Positions 24,526 to 38,571 of a stretch of 64,000 nt of DNA are shown piece after piece. The stretch is taken from NCBI RefSeq assembly GCF_001194135.2, contig NC_068984.1, forward strand, positions 90,638,890 to 90,702,889. Direction: 5' to 3'. How positions within the stretch are numbered: the stretch's first letter is position 1; every line of letters starts with the position of its first letter. The notes under the pieces were generated by a model. That model was not told the DNA's origin, ran no database searches, and was given only the letters and a program-made list of their open reading frames with translations. A program made the translations under genes and the position numbers. This stretch comes from Octopus bimaculoides (lineage: Eukaryota).

Positions 24526-26360
24526 CTGGGTAAGAGAAACAAAAATAGGAAGTAGAAATTTTTTTTTTTTTTTCTAACATAGTTGGTACTAAAGGAGACA
24601 ATAGAAAATATATAACTAAAATTTCAACTTCTCTTTCTGAAAACCCTTTAGTTACATAGCTTTCAACTTTCAAGATTTTTCCCAATTTCTAATATTAATA
24701 ATGAAGTACTTTTACTGAAAATGGTTATGCTACATTTTATAACTTCTCAGGATGTTGTTTTACTTGCAAAGTCATAATGCTTGAGATCTATTAAACAGCT
24801 GCTCGATCAGTTTACAATAGATATTAATGCCCTGGGCAAGACACATGAACTTTCTTATCCCACTTAACTGGTAGCATACCAGAAGAAAATTGACTTATCA
24901 CTGGAGTTTTGAACTAAATAGAGAATGATGGATTACTTTAGAGCTTAGAGTTTATAGAGCTGACATTGAAAACTGTTACACAAGAATGAATGATAAACTG
25001 CACTGAAACATATATTACTAAACTTAGTAATATTCTCAAATCTCCATTATTCGAAAACATATTTCAAATCAAATATCAGATTTTAGTTTTTAAACTCTCA
25101 AGTGAAGAAGTTGTGATATTAAGACAAATTATGCTGAGAATTAGAAATATAATAATCTTTGGACAATGACAACAAAAAATATTCCATTCCATTACTTGCA
25201 TTATATCAGACTTTGTAAATAGACGTTAGAGTACATATATGTTATAAATTACAACAGTAGCTAAAATAAATGTCAAAGGTCTTGAGGGTGAAATACATGT
25301 CAAGGCTTAAATAAACCAACTTCCAATCCCACAATCCAATTTGTCAATCAAGGTTCATCTATTATTCACAGCTCTCCTGGTAAATATGCATCCTCTTTCC
25401 CTCTGTTATAGAAACAACTACATTCCCAGCAACCCCAACTAACTCAGTAAGTTAAGAGGAGTAGCAGTAACAACATTATGCTTGGTCATTTTAGACTGCC
25501 ATCAAAATATCTGCAACATGTCTTTTCAAACACAGTGAAGATATCTAATATGAAACACCAGCTGCCTTTTACCACACCTGTGACCATCTCCATCCCAAAT
25601 CAAGGAGCCTTAAAATTATTACCAAGAGTCATGTTGGTAGCTACATTCCCTCCTAAAACATAGAGATGAGGCTTCTCAGTTTTAGAAGGTACTCCTGCCT
25701 AAGAAAAAGAGTACTCTGAACAAACTTGACAGGACTGGACATCCACCTATGAAAGTTCTCCCCTTTTCTCTGTCTTAATAAATTACATTATGTAAGACCA
25801 TAACAAACAGCAAGATGCTGTAAGATCCATCCAACACATGCCAGCATGCAAAAAATGGATGTTAAATGATTATGATAACATTGATGTTTTTGGGACAACC
25901 CAGTCAAATCTACTTGTGCATTTCATTACCCATGGAGGTGACGGAATGAAGCATTTAATCAACTTTTTAATCACAGCCCTTCCCATATTTACTGTCAGAC
26001 ATACTTTTCAAAAATTTAGTAATTAAAATATGCAGACCCCATTTTAAAGTTGAGCAAGAGTTTGTAAAATTTGAAGTTGATAAAGGTTTTGTCACTTTTC
26101 AAATAAAATACACTCCCTGATTCTGTATATTTCTAGTAAAATCAATTTAGATACAAACATATAGAAAGTGGGATTTAAGTGTAAGTAACTGATTAAAAAC
26201 TGCTTAGTAGAAAAATATATAACCATTCTGTCACATCTTCATCTGATTAGTCAAGCACCTTAAAATCATAATGTTTAAATTCTACTTAAAAATGAAAACA
26301 ATTCTGAGTTTAAAACCTTTATTTTTCACTATCAAGAAAATGTACAATGAAACCCACTTA

Positions 26361-26612
<252 letters not shown>

Positions 26613-27701
26613 CTAGAAAAAATATAAAAATTAACTCAAGTTAGGTCAATGTATAACAAATAGTTTAGAGAGAGAGAGAAAAAAATCAACAAGAGTATCA
26701 CTTCTTGGAGGTTTCATAAATGAAAGCCCTACTTTCTTTTTTTTATATATATATATGTATATATATATATCATTCACACACTACCATGTGTGAATAATAT
26801 TCTTAAGGTCAACATTTACTCACTCATGACCACTTCTAGATTTTGTCATTAACTCAGTTTTTAACCAAATTAGACGATGTTTACATTCTTTAGATTGGTC
26901 ACATCCCAAGCTACATTTTCAGCTACAAAATTTGAAAATTGCTTCGGTAAAAAAGAAGTTTCAGTAAAATATGTGTGGTCAAAAATGGGAGAGTGACACC
27001 TGAAATCGACTGAGTCCAAATATTTTTTTGTTTTTTAAAGAAATTTGTATCTTATTTCAGCTTATATGATAGATCTCAGCAAAAGGAATCTATCCATGTT
27101 ACTTACATGCGAAAATATTTAGTAGAAAAAAGTACCGAGGTAAAAACCGGCAAAAAAAAGGAGATTAACGCCTGAATTCAACTTTGACTCCTAATATTAT
27201 TCTTATTTCAAAAGAAAGCTATATGTAAATTCAATTTTTCTAATAGATCTCCACCAGAGGAATCTGATGATGCTAATTATATCAAAAAAAAATTTTAATA
27301 AAAAACTACTGGGGCCAAATGTGCCAAAAAAGTGTTAACACCTAAAATCAATTTTGCCAAGATCATCTTGTCTTTCTTTATATCCAGAACTATGTCTTGT
27401 GTGTCTGAATATCAAGATAATAGGGTGGGATTTGAGAGATACCTGGCTGCTATTTCAAGTAGATTGAGTGTCGTGTAGAGGCTTTCTTGCTGGATCAATG
27501 ATAATGATACTAACATTGCAAATTAAAGCACATTCTATTTAATACAGAATATTGATACTCAGATAAACACCTCTTTATAAAGTCCTTGTTTCAACAAGAA
27601 TAAATGTATAAATAATAGCTAAAGATAATGAAGATGAAATAAATAAACATCAGTGTTCGTTATCTAGAAGAAAAGAAATAAGATAAAAAATTTTCTGATT
27701 A

Positions 27702-28106
<405 letters not shown>

Positions 28107-28279
28107 TCAATGTTGTGCACACTAGTGAGGTAACTAGGTGTAAACGCTCTTTGATCATCATCAACTAATCCCACTAACTCGCAAAAGAGAGTAGATGTGT
28201 TCTGTGTAAAAGAAGTGAGATGAACTGGAGCCTCAGCTAGGCTCTTTATAAGCGAGAAACTCTTGTACAAATTATTTTA

Positions 28280-28630
28280 GGTGGGTAACAGCTCTAGAGT
28301 GGGATGCAGTAAGCATATTGTTAACACAGAAATGAATAGAGTAATTGAGATAGAGTAACTGACAGAATAATTATGCTCAGGTTTGTCAAAGGCAACATGA
28401 AAGGAAAAGTGATCAGAGCTGGAAGATAAGCAAAATGATAATTTCTATGAAATCTGCTTGCAAACTACAATAGAAACAAATGAAAGCAACCTCATTATCA
28501 TAGCCGGTGAGTTTAATGAATACATTATGCAACATCAAGATTATTTCTCAGGTGTACACAGAAGCTTCAGTACAAGAAGGATCAAAGTTCTTGATGCAAC
28601 TGACTTAACCATTTGAAACAAATTTCAGCT
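28280..28630 (+). mobile_element. Decayed RTE endonuclease fragment
   Basis: ATCATAGCCGGTGAGTTTAATGAATACA...GGTGTACACAGAAGC parallels the AGDFNGHVG...GVHG segment of the copy at 34400-35575. Confidence 0.55.
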
Positions 28631-28896
28631 GGACTGAGGAAAAAAAAAGGCATTAGAGGAATTGGCAGAGTGCAAAGGAGACAAGACAGTACTGGTATAG
28701 ACATATGATGAATATGAAAGTGTCAAGTAATTCATTGAAAAGACACAATGAAGAGAAAGGTGTAAGAAGAAATAGTGAAAGTTAATTTCAGACTGCTCAA
28801 CCTCACTAGGTAAATGACAAGTAACAACAACATGTGGTGAATTCTGTTCAAAGAGACTCATCCAAACTATGCCAGAGTGGAAAAACAGATATAAGA

Positions 28897-28931
<35 letters not shown>

Positions 28932-29079
28932 ATAAACAGAAGTGACATCAGTTATAGGGGACTCTTTAGGCTTATCAGGGATAATTTTGCTAAAGAACAA
29001 TAAAAAGCACTAAATCAACACTGATAAATGGTTGATTCTCTCTGTTGTTGAATATACTGAAGAAGCGGGGCCCATGGTA

Positions 29080-29330
29080 AGTGGTAAGAAAACTGAACAT
29101 TAAAGGAATCAGATGTAGAGTGCAAGAGAGAAGACTGCATTATGTATTGGCATGTAATGCATAGGAGGAGGACAGCTGTATAAAGAGGTTTCATGTACTC
29201 AAAGTAAGCAAAATCTTTGGGAGAGAGAGGCCAAGGAAGTCTGAGATAAAATGGTGAAGATAGATCTGAAAATGTTGCATCTCACAGAAGAGATGATAAA
29301 GGGCTGCAATGATTGGTGAAACACTATACA
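29080..29330 (+). mobile_element. Decayed RTE 3' fragment
   Basis: ATCAGATGTAGAGTGCAAGAGAGAAGACTGC matches the IRCGVQERRL segment of other copies. Confidence 0.55.
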
Positions 29331-31139
29331 GGAGAAGACCTACCTATCCATCTAGGCACAACAAAACAGATATTAAAATTGTGTATATGTATGAGTGAGC
29401 ATAAATATATATATATCATTTATTTTAACATCTACTTTCTCTTGCTTGCATGGATTAAACAGAATTCATTGAGGCAGATTTTTCTACAGCCAGCTGCCCT
29501 GCTTGTTGCCAACCATCATTTGTTTTCAAGCAAAATAATAATCCTCTAGTCTATCAAACAATGAACAGCCTAGACATAGAGCAGTTCTGTTTAAAAAGAC
29601 TGCAAAACATCAAGAAGCCAGACCTGCTTTCACAGTGGACTGCAACATATAACATCACTTGTATTTGATAATAAGGCTGTTACTTTATTTTCAAGTCAGC
29701 AAACACATGCAAGACAAGCAAAAAGTACAAAATTAATCACAAACATATGCTCACACAGACACATACATATTTATATGGCAGGCTTCTTCAGTTTCTATTG
29801 ACTAATTTCACTCTCAAGGTACACTTTAGTGTAAAATATTAGCTGATGACATCATTCACAGTAGGACCAAACACCTAAACATGTGGTTCTGAAGCTAACT
29901 AGTATATATACATATATATATATATTGTTAGGCATATATATGTGCATGCACATACTATATATGTGTATGGTGTATGTGCAGCTATAAATAGACAGTTTAC
30001 TTCACCGGCTCCTTCGATAGCTTCTCACCCCTCTAACGCACCTCCATTCCCCTATCACTTGCTCCCTCTCCCCATTGCACACCTCTCTATCACATGTCCT
30101 TCTAACCACACACTTTCCTTAACACACAACTCATTACTCAACTGTCTATCACCCATACCATTGTTACCCATGTCCCCATTGCCCATACCTTTATCTCTCA
30201 TGCCTTTATTCCTCATCTCTCATTCACTCCATCCTCTTCTCGATATCACCATACTATGCTACCGCTATAACAAAGGATGGCAGGGGATCTCTTCTATTCA
30301 GTGTACAGTGCTTCCAGTGTAAGTAAGAATGCTACTGTACCTATCTGACTCTCTCACCAATACTCTACCTTCTCTCTCTCATTCTTAGACATATGCCTAA
30401 GAGACCTCATAAAATATATGTATCCCATATATGCTACCTATACTTCCCTAACCATATGGCATCAATACCCATCATTCAGCCACTTGCTGCCTATCATGCT
30501 CTCACCTCTATCCTTTCTAGTGTTAGTGTACTCAATGCACTCCGTTAAGTGTAGGGTCAAGAGGCCCCTTTAGTCTTGTTGAAGACATGACAACATCTTT
30601 AATACTGGTGCTACAAAAAAACTGCATATAGCACACTCTCTAAAATGGTTGGTGTAAGGAAGACCATCCAGCCATACAAACAAGCCCAAAATAAAACTTA
30701 TGAGCAAGATGTGGTACTTCAACCCATCTAGGAATGCAGCATGAAAAGCAGATATAAAACAATGATGATGATGATGATGATGGTAGTGATGGTGACAGTT
30801 GACCATAGAAGTCAATTTATCCCAAACTTAGGATAAACAGACTAACCTGAGAATTAATTAGGAGTAACATATTTTAATAAACCAGTTTGTATTATCTTAA
30901 TTGTTGCAGTGTCCCTAATATGTAGTAAACATTTCAAAATGATCTGTTAAACCAGCCTGATGCCAGTTAAACTTCAACAACTGAATCTAGTGTTAATCAC
31001 TAAAACAAATTCAGACAATTTACTAAACTTTAAAATTTAATATTTATCATCTATATGTATACCATATAAATCATTTATTTATTTAAAATTCCACTTCAGA
31101 TATTAGTACATAAAAATATATAATAAATAGTGTATTTAC

Positions 31140-31281
31140 TTTGTATTAGAGAACTCTAGACTAATAACGTTGAATATTTTGTCTCGATCAGGACTATTGT
31201 AATATTCTGTCCATTCCCGCATCAACATCTTGTAGTCCTCTTGCCGGGCAACATCAATTACATCAATCTCTCGCATAGAGC
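31140..31281 (-). CDS. PHF8: KDM7/PHF8 coding exon 6
   Basis: TTTTTGCAG acceptor; (G)SMREIDVIDVARQEDYKMLMREWTEYYNSPDRDKIFNVISLEFSNT(K); GTAAAT donor. 142 nt. Contains the conserved IDVIDV and NVISLEFS motifs. Confidence 0.96.
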
Positions 31282-33137
31282 CTGCAAAAAACATTATAAA
31301 CAAAATACAATCACCTACACAAAACATATAGTTTTTTCAAATGCAAATCTTGGTACTTTAAGAACTTTTGATAGTTACTCCCTGTTTAATTCAGAAAGTT
31401 ATGAAAGTCATTCCTACTGCCAAAAACATCTTAATTACTCATTTCCATTTCAACAAAGGAATCTATGGCTACTGTGTTTAACAAATGTGTCACTCCTGAA
31501 ACAAGTATCCAACAGAGCTTTTTAACCTAATTATGCTTTTCAACTTTTTACTTTCTACAGGCAATAACTGAGGATTATAGAAGCATGATTAATATCTAAG
31601 AAAGTATATCCAATTAACTACACAAAATACCAACCTATTGCTTTTAATATTTATAAGATGATGGTGAAATCCTTTTACAGGTATCTCTTTCAACATCATC
31701 TCTCTTCTGTTTAAAAAATATCAATTTCTGTTCATGAAAGTTAGGTCCAATGTGATTTACATTACAGCATAAAACAGAACTACTCTCTACTCCTTAAAAC
31801 CTCACTAAACCTCATTAAAAAATTTACATATATCCTCCAGCAAAACAACTTTTAAATACCACATCAGTGGTGGTTCATGTATGGACACTGAGAACTGCAG
31901 CACTCTCTATTTCCACTCGATATTATCGATAACATTCAATATAATGAGTCTTTTTTTTCTGTAATTCTTTCCTTATACTTGTACATTATATAATCTTTAA
32001 GCTTAATGTCAGTAGCCATCCCCTAGTTTATAAAAAAATACAAAAATCCTTGTATAGAACTGTGCGCTTCACAATTCCAGCAATACGGTGTTTGGCTGTT
32101 GTGCGCATGCTCACATGTCTGAGATAGGAAGCTTCACACTAGGGAGACAGAGCACTGCATCAATGACAGTGCCAATCCCGGTGTTACAGTGAAAGGTAGT
32201 GTTTCTTTTTGACTCCGTGTGTGTTGTGCTTAGAAACGTGTTTATATTCTTGAATGTGATAAAGTGTAGAATTAGGTTATTATCCTGCTTCCAGTTTCAG
32301 TGTTGCTGCCAGGATTTGAAAAATAGGGCATATTTCCCCCCCCACTTATTTTGTGATTTAGATGGGATTTTTGAAAAACAAGTAGGAATTCACGGCAGTG
32401 TTCAGTGAACAAATTAAACACACTACCCGGCAGTGGCTAAAATGCGAACTGATCAAGTTTATGTATAAATTTTTTTTATATTTGTTTCCTTTTATACAAT
32501 ATTAAAATAACGGCTAAAAATTTTCTGAAGCAGCACCCCAACTAATTTTATCTATGAGCTGACACTGTTCCACATTAACAAATGCTACAACCAGACTTTA
32601 AAGATTGCTGCTGTATGTAATCCACTTCCCACTAGCAGGTAGCTACAATTCATAAGCACCAATCTCAATAACCAACTGTGACTTTTCTTTGCCAAAAGGA
32701 TCTCTACCACAAACTATAAAAATATGTAAATTGCTTGATTTTGAAATAATTATTTCGCTGTCTCACAGTCAGGCTATAAAGCTTATAGTTAAGTTAGTGT
32801 TAACATTTGTAATACAACAACATTAAAAAGCAAACTAGAAATGAATATGAATGAGGAAACAAAATTAGCCAATGACTCTTTTTAATGCTTCCTGCAGTAA
32901 ATATATTGATGCTAACATGAAGATAGCAACTCTGAATTATTTGTAAATCTTATAGCTAATTTTTTACTTTGAATATGTCCTTTTCATCATAAATCAACAG
33001 CAAATTGGAATCATAAACTTCACATCACAGCAGAGATTGTGATTCTGTACAAAAGAGTTACATAAGTTTAAAATAGATATCAAATTTATAAATAAAATCT
33101 GCAAAAAAGGTAAAAACATATGAAATTTCATACATAC

Positions 33138-33301
33138 CCACATGGTTTTCTATGTCTTGTATAGAGAAGTCGCATGGTGGTACTTTAATATCAAGCCCTT
33201 CTTTATTTTCTACTAAGATAGGTACTTCAAAGCCATTCTCTTCAAAATATGGTAGGGTTAGATCACTGCCTTTTACCCGTAATATAGGAATTTCATCTGC
33301 A
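33138..33301 (-). CDS. PHF8: KDM7/PHF8 coding exon 5
   Basis: TTGCAG acceptor; (S)ADEIPILRVKGSDLTLPYFEENGFEVPILVENKEGLDIKVPPCDFSIQDIENHV(G); GTATGT donor. 164 nt. Confidence 0.95.
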
Positions 33302-34169
33302 CTGCAATCAAATAAGAGTCAATATGCACAATTAATTTTTTGATCTTTCAAAGTTGTTCACAATCTCTTAAATTTTCCAAATATTAAGTCTGTTGAATCA
33401 ATTTGGCTACAGAAGAAAAAAATAACCAATGAAAGATTTCAGTTAATGATAAATACTAAGCAAACTTTATATATGTAATCATATAGTTATAATTTATAAT
33501 ATAGAAATAATTGATGTATGCAGTGCTTTAGGTCATCATACAAAATATATATGTAACTTATAGAACTAAAGAAATTTAGAAGTAAGGTGAATTGGATAGA
33601 CACCAAAGACAATTTCAATTATGTTACCCTAAATCTCAAAATTCAGTCTCCTCATGTTCTGTCTTTGACTAGCCTAACTCTGGTCTCTCTCTCTCAGTTT
33701 CGTTAACCACTTGCTTCTCCCAACACTTTACCTCCCCACTACCACCCGCCTTATATAAACTAGCTCATTCAGATTCCCCTACCTCATATTTCAATACCTT
33801 GCCACACAGTGTAGAAACCAGAAGATGTTCAGATAAGCAGCCTTGTTTTCCAACCTTGCACACATCTAAAACCTCTTTTTCAGCGCAGATTATAATTACT
33901 TTATTATTCCATTTTATTATCTATCTATGTAAACACAGTTTCGTCTTTCATGCCATATGTTTAGAGAAAAAAAACTTAAGATCCCTTCTCTCAATCCAAC
34001 TCTCCTTCTTTCACGCTCATTTATTATTGTCATTTATTCATTCATTTATCTAATTTTGTCACAGTTTGGCTGACCGAAAACTGTTGGTTATAGCTCTAGT
34101 TAAGAATTCAAATGCCCAATTCTATCTCATTATTATCATTAATATTTTCTCACACCGGCAGTTTTTACT

Positions 34170-35574
34170 GTTTCCTGGTGTGCCTGCCCTTTCCACCCCA
34201 CCACTTGTACCAGAAGTCTCTATCCTCTGATCTCTATCGGATGTCTCTCCCATGAACAGATCCAAAGGCTTAATGTTCCCCCATCCCTACTTAGGGTTTA
34301 TCTCCTATGTAATGTAGTGCATAAAATGATGGTATAGTGTATGCAGGTTGAAGGCTATTGTATGTTTATGCGTTCTGCTAAATGCAAGCTTTCTTTTCAG
34401 GTACATGATGCTGCTGTTCTCCCATCCCAGGGTCTCATGGGCCTACACCTCCCACACCCTCAGGGTTGGCACACTGAAAGGTAGATCTGGTGAGATTGTT
34501 GAGATGCTTCAATGGAAACGTGTAGATTTGTGCTATCTCCAAGAAGTAAGGTGGAGAGGAGGTTCTGCTAGGTTCCTCACAGGCAAAGAACATAGGTATA
34601 AGATTTTCTGGGCAGGGAACACTGATGGGGTTGGGGGCATGGGTATACTTCTTATGGAGAAATGGGTTGATAAAATAATCAAGGTAGTCAGAGTCTGTGA
34701 TAGAATACTTAAAATTAGATTAGTGCTGCAACATGGATTAGCAACCATTATCTCAACTTGTGCCCCTCAACCAGGGCTACCTGATGAACAGAAAGACCGA
34801 TTTTATGACACCCTCTTGCAGACTACCTCATCAACAAATGACAGGGACCTTCTCTTTGTGGCTGGCGACTTCAATGGGCATGTTGGACAACATGCAGGAG
34901 ACTTCCATGGCGTACATGGAAGCTATGGTTTTGGTTCCCAGAATGATGTGGGGAACCAGGCTGCTGGAGTTCTGCAATGCAAATGATCTTATAGCTTGTA
35001 ATACTAACTTCAGGAAACCTGCCAGTCACCTGTTCACCTACCAATCTCGTGGACACACTAGTCAAATTGATTACATCCTCGACAGGAAACAGGAAAGATG
35101 GTTACTTATAAATGCCAAAACCTTCCCAAGTGAAGAATGCACCCCACAACATAGATTAGTAGTTAGCGAATTCAGGATCAGGGCTAAATGGACGTGCAGA
35201 AGATGGCCAACATGGAGAAGAAGGGTCTGGAAGCTTAAGGATCCTGCAAATGGACAGAGATTTAGAGACGTATGACTCGAAGCTTTTGACAAAATAGAGG
35301 GGGATATAGCATCACATAGTGTGGAAGACAACTGGAGATTCTTATGGGACAACCTGTTGAGGGCTACTGACCAGATCTGTGGCCGGTGCAAAATCCCCTC
35401 TCAACCCAAGATAACATGGTGGTGGAACAATGTAGTTGACAGGGCTATTAGGGAAAAGAAACAGGCATGGAAGGACTGGAAGAACGGTAGTAGCAGGGAA
35501 TTATATCAGATTGCCAGAAGGGAAGCTAAGATTTACTTAGCCAGAGGGGAAGTAGATAAGAAAAAATTTGCCAT
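34170..35574 (+). mobile_element. RTE LINE 5' part (APE endonuclease + linker) in KDM7 intron 4
   Basis: TLRVGTLKGRSGE...VDLCYLQEVRWRG...NTDGVGGMGIL...AGDFNGHVG...NTNFRK...QIDYIL...QHRLVV...WWWNNVV. Frameshifted. The 5' boundary is approximate. Confidence 0.92.
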
Positions 35575-36140
35575 CCCTGGCAGAGGCCTTGGATTTTGGT
35601 CTCACTTGCCTTGCCGGGTCTTCTCATGCACAGCATATTTCCAGAAGTCTTGGTCAGAAGTCATTGCCTCGGTGATGCCTAATGTTCGAAGGTCGTGCTT
35701 CACCACCTCATCCCAGGTCTTCCTGGGTCAACCTCTTCCACAGGTTCTCTCAACTGCTAGAGTGTGGCACTTTACAACACAGCTATCCTCATCCATTTTT
35801 GCCACATGACCATACCAGCGCAGTCGTCTCTCTTGCACACCACATCTGATGCTTCTTAGGTTCAACTTTCCTCTCAAGGTACTTACACTCTGTACAGTAT
35901 GCACACTGACATTACACATCCAGCGGAGCATACTGGCTTCATTCCTTGCAAGCTTACGCATGTCCTCAGCAGTCACGGCCCATGTTTCACTGCCATGTAG
36001 CATGGTTGTTCGTACACATGCGTCATACAGTCTCCCTTTTACATTGAGTGAGAGGCCCTTAGTCACCAGCAGAGGTAAGAGCTCTCTGAACTTTGCCCAG
36101 TCTCTTCTTATTTTAGCAGCTACACTTTCAGTACACCCAC
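35575..36140 (-). mobile_element. RTE LINE 3' part, inverted against the 5' part
   Basis: KGRLYDACVRTTMLHGSETWA...ERRLRWYGHVAKMDEDSCV...GRGRPRKTWDEVV on the - strand. Confidence 0.92.
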
Positions 36141-36846
36141 GCTACTGATTTGATTACCTATGTAACAGAAGCTATCAACTACTTCTAGTTTTTCCCTCAG
36201 GCATGTGACAAAAACAGTTTTCTGCACATTTTCAGTGTTTATTGCTCCTGAGCATTTGCCACACACAAAAACTATTAAATACTAACGAAGAGAGAAAACT
36301 AAAATATTTTGAACACATAGATTAAAAAAAGTTTACAGAAATATTTTATAAAAAGCTAAACTAAATAGGAGTAAAAGGAGTAAACCAAAATTTACATAGG
36401 TAAATAACATCAAAAAGTAGACAAATTGAAATACAGGTAATGTATAAGGACAACAAAAGGAAGATGGAGATGACAACCCATGGTATTCAACCTCACGAAA
36501 GGATGAGTTGATAAGGATGATGATGTGTGGCCTCATACCAATTACTAATAATGATTATTCATAAACTTTTTCTGAATAATGGAACATTTAAACTGGCAAG
36601 CCTATGAATTAGTGATGAAAATAATTCTTGCCAAAACAAATACAATAAAGAGATAGAGCACAATTCCTAGTTTTCTTAATATAATCAAAACAAAAATGAT
36701 TCTTCTGCTAGTATTATAATATTACGAAAACAAACTTTAAAACATTTATAAATCTTATGCATGAATCAACATAAATATTCCCAACAGATAAAGCTGAATA
36801 TTATAACAAAGTGAAACATATGAAGCAAAATTTGATAGTACAATAC

Positions 36847-36905
36847 CTAGGGAAATTTCTGTTTTTTAATTCTTTTATGAAAGTCACTGTTCCAGTCTGC
36901 ACTGC
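36847..36905 (-). CDS. PHF8: KDM7/PHF8 coding exon 4
   Basis: TTTTTAAG acceptor; AVQTGTVTFIKELKNRNFP + AG; GTATTG donor. 59 nt. Resembles the KDM7 motif VQ.GT..FIKEL..R.FPS. Confidence 0.92.
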
Positions 36906-37120
36906 CTTAAAAATAAATAAATCATAAACATAAAACAGTTTATACAAAAAATAAAGTGAAAGTAAATATTAGAATATATCATTTTTATTTATTAATCATT
37001 TAATTCATTCTGCTATATGTTGAGTAAATCTGCAAAATTATCTCTTTCAAAAGTCTTCTTTCTTATAGATTAATGTTTCATCTTAGAATCTAGAGCATTA
37101 GAGCATTGCAATCACACGTC

Positions 37121-37325
37121 TTTGTGTCTGTACCCCATCGCCACCTTGACAACCAGTGTTGGTGTTTACATCCCCATAACTTCATGGTTTGGCAAAAGAG
37201 ACCAATAGAATAAGTACCAGGCTTTTAAAAAAAGTCCTGGAGTTGATTTCAACTAAAACCTTTCAAGATGGTGCACCAGCATGGCCACAGTCAAATGACT
37301 GAAACAAGTAAAAGTATCAAAAGAA
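37121..37325 (+). mobile_element. Main-family SINE 3' half in KDM7 intron 3
   Basis: TTGACAACCAGTGTTGGTGTTTACATCCCCATAACTT...CAGCATGGCCACAGTCAAATGACTGAAACAAGTAAAAG. Confidence 0.8.
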
Positions 37326-37628
37326 AAAAAGAAATAAAAGCATTGACTTGGATTCTTTGTATAATCAATAAAAATGAAACAAATAAAGCATGAAATATTG
37401 AAGAAAAGATTTCTTTGATACTGATAAGACAGTAAAGATATACTTGTTCTAGTAAACTCTAAAGAGGCTGAACACAAAATGTGCTCTGCAAAACAGGAAA
37501 CTTTAAAAGAAGCACAAACTATTTGGTTTAGTTTTCAACCCTCTCAATAAACTTCACTGCTCTGATAAACTTATCTGGAAAATATTTCAGTAAACAAGAT
37601 ATAATCTACAAATTTAAATTTCACTTAC

Positions 37629-37684
37629 TTTTGATGAGTCTGTTTCAGAGTAATCGTGGCGATGCCAGTTACGTCTTTTCTTCA
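37629..37684 (-). CDS. PHF8: KDM7/PHF8 coding exon 3
   Basis: CTTCAG acceptor; (L)KKRRNWHRHDYSETDSSK; GTAAGT donor. 56 nt. KKRRNWHRHDY matches the KDM7A/PHF2 linker. Confidence 0.95.
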
Positions 37685-38485
37685 CTGAAGTGAAAATAAT
37701 TCAAAAGAACAATTACAAAAATGTTCTTCAATAGATTTGTACAGAATAGGATACAAAATAAATTTGAAATTTATACTGAATGATATATAATGTTTTGTAA
37801 GATAAAACCTGAATACAATAAACACAAACTGGCCAAATGAATAATACCTACTATTCAAACTGTAAAATATAACTCCATATGCTTTTATTGTAGCACTTGT
37901 ATGTTGCAAACACATAGTGTGTGTGTGTACATGCATGTTCTTGTCTCCATCAGCTGCTCACTTATTTACAGTGTTTAGTTAGCATTTCTTCTATCAAAAG
38001 ATTACCTGTTCACATAGTGCCTTCCAAGCCATGTGGAATAAGAGATCCATAATTTGAAAAACAGGTATGGCTTAGTATCAGGAAGGGGATCTGACTGCAA
38101 AATAATGCCTCAATAGCATATTCATCTAACCCATGCTAGCATAGAAGACAGACATAAAACGAACGGATACACTCCAAATGACAGGTTATGACTATCATCA
38201 TGACTAAACTGCCTCTACAACTATTGTTAACAGTGTGTAAAAATTTTAAAGATAATTATAAAAGTTATGAAGATAGTTATACAGTTATGAAAATCATCTT
38301 AATAACTGAAAATTAACACTGAGCAAAAGAGTAATCGAAATAATTACAAGAAAAGAAAATCAAAATTTCAATAAATTTACATTTCAAATTAAAATCAGAA
38401 TAGAATTTCAAGGATAAAATAATAATAGAAATTATTATTTCTATTATGCATGATTTCAGAATATAAAATTTAATGTTCTACTTAC

Positions 38486-38571
38486 ATGTAAGAGGCCCAT
38501 GTTCTTTCTGACAGTTTGGGCAATGGTATATCTCAATATCAGAAGCTTGATGTTCTTGGACACCAACACAA
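38486..38571 (-). CDS. PHF8: KDM7/PHF8 coding exon 2 (PHD finger C-half)
   Basis: TTCTTAG acceptor; (N)[28 protein letters not shown]; GTAAGT donor. 86 nt, phases 2/1 fit the neighbouring exons. Confidence 0.95.
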
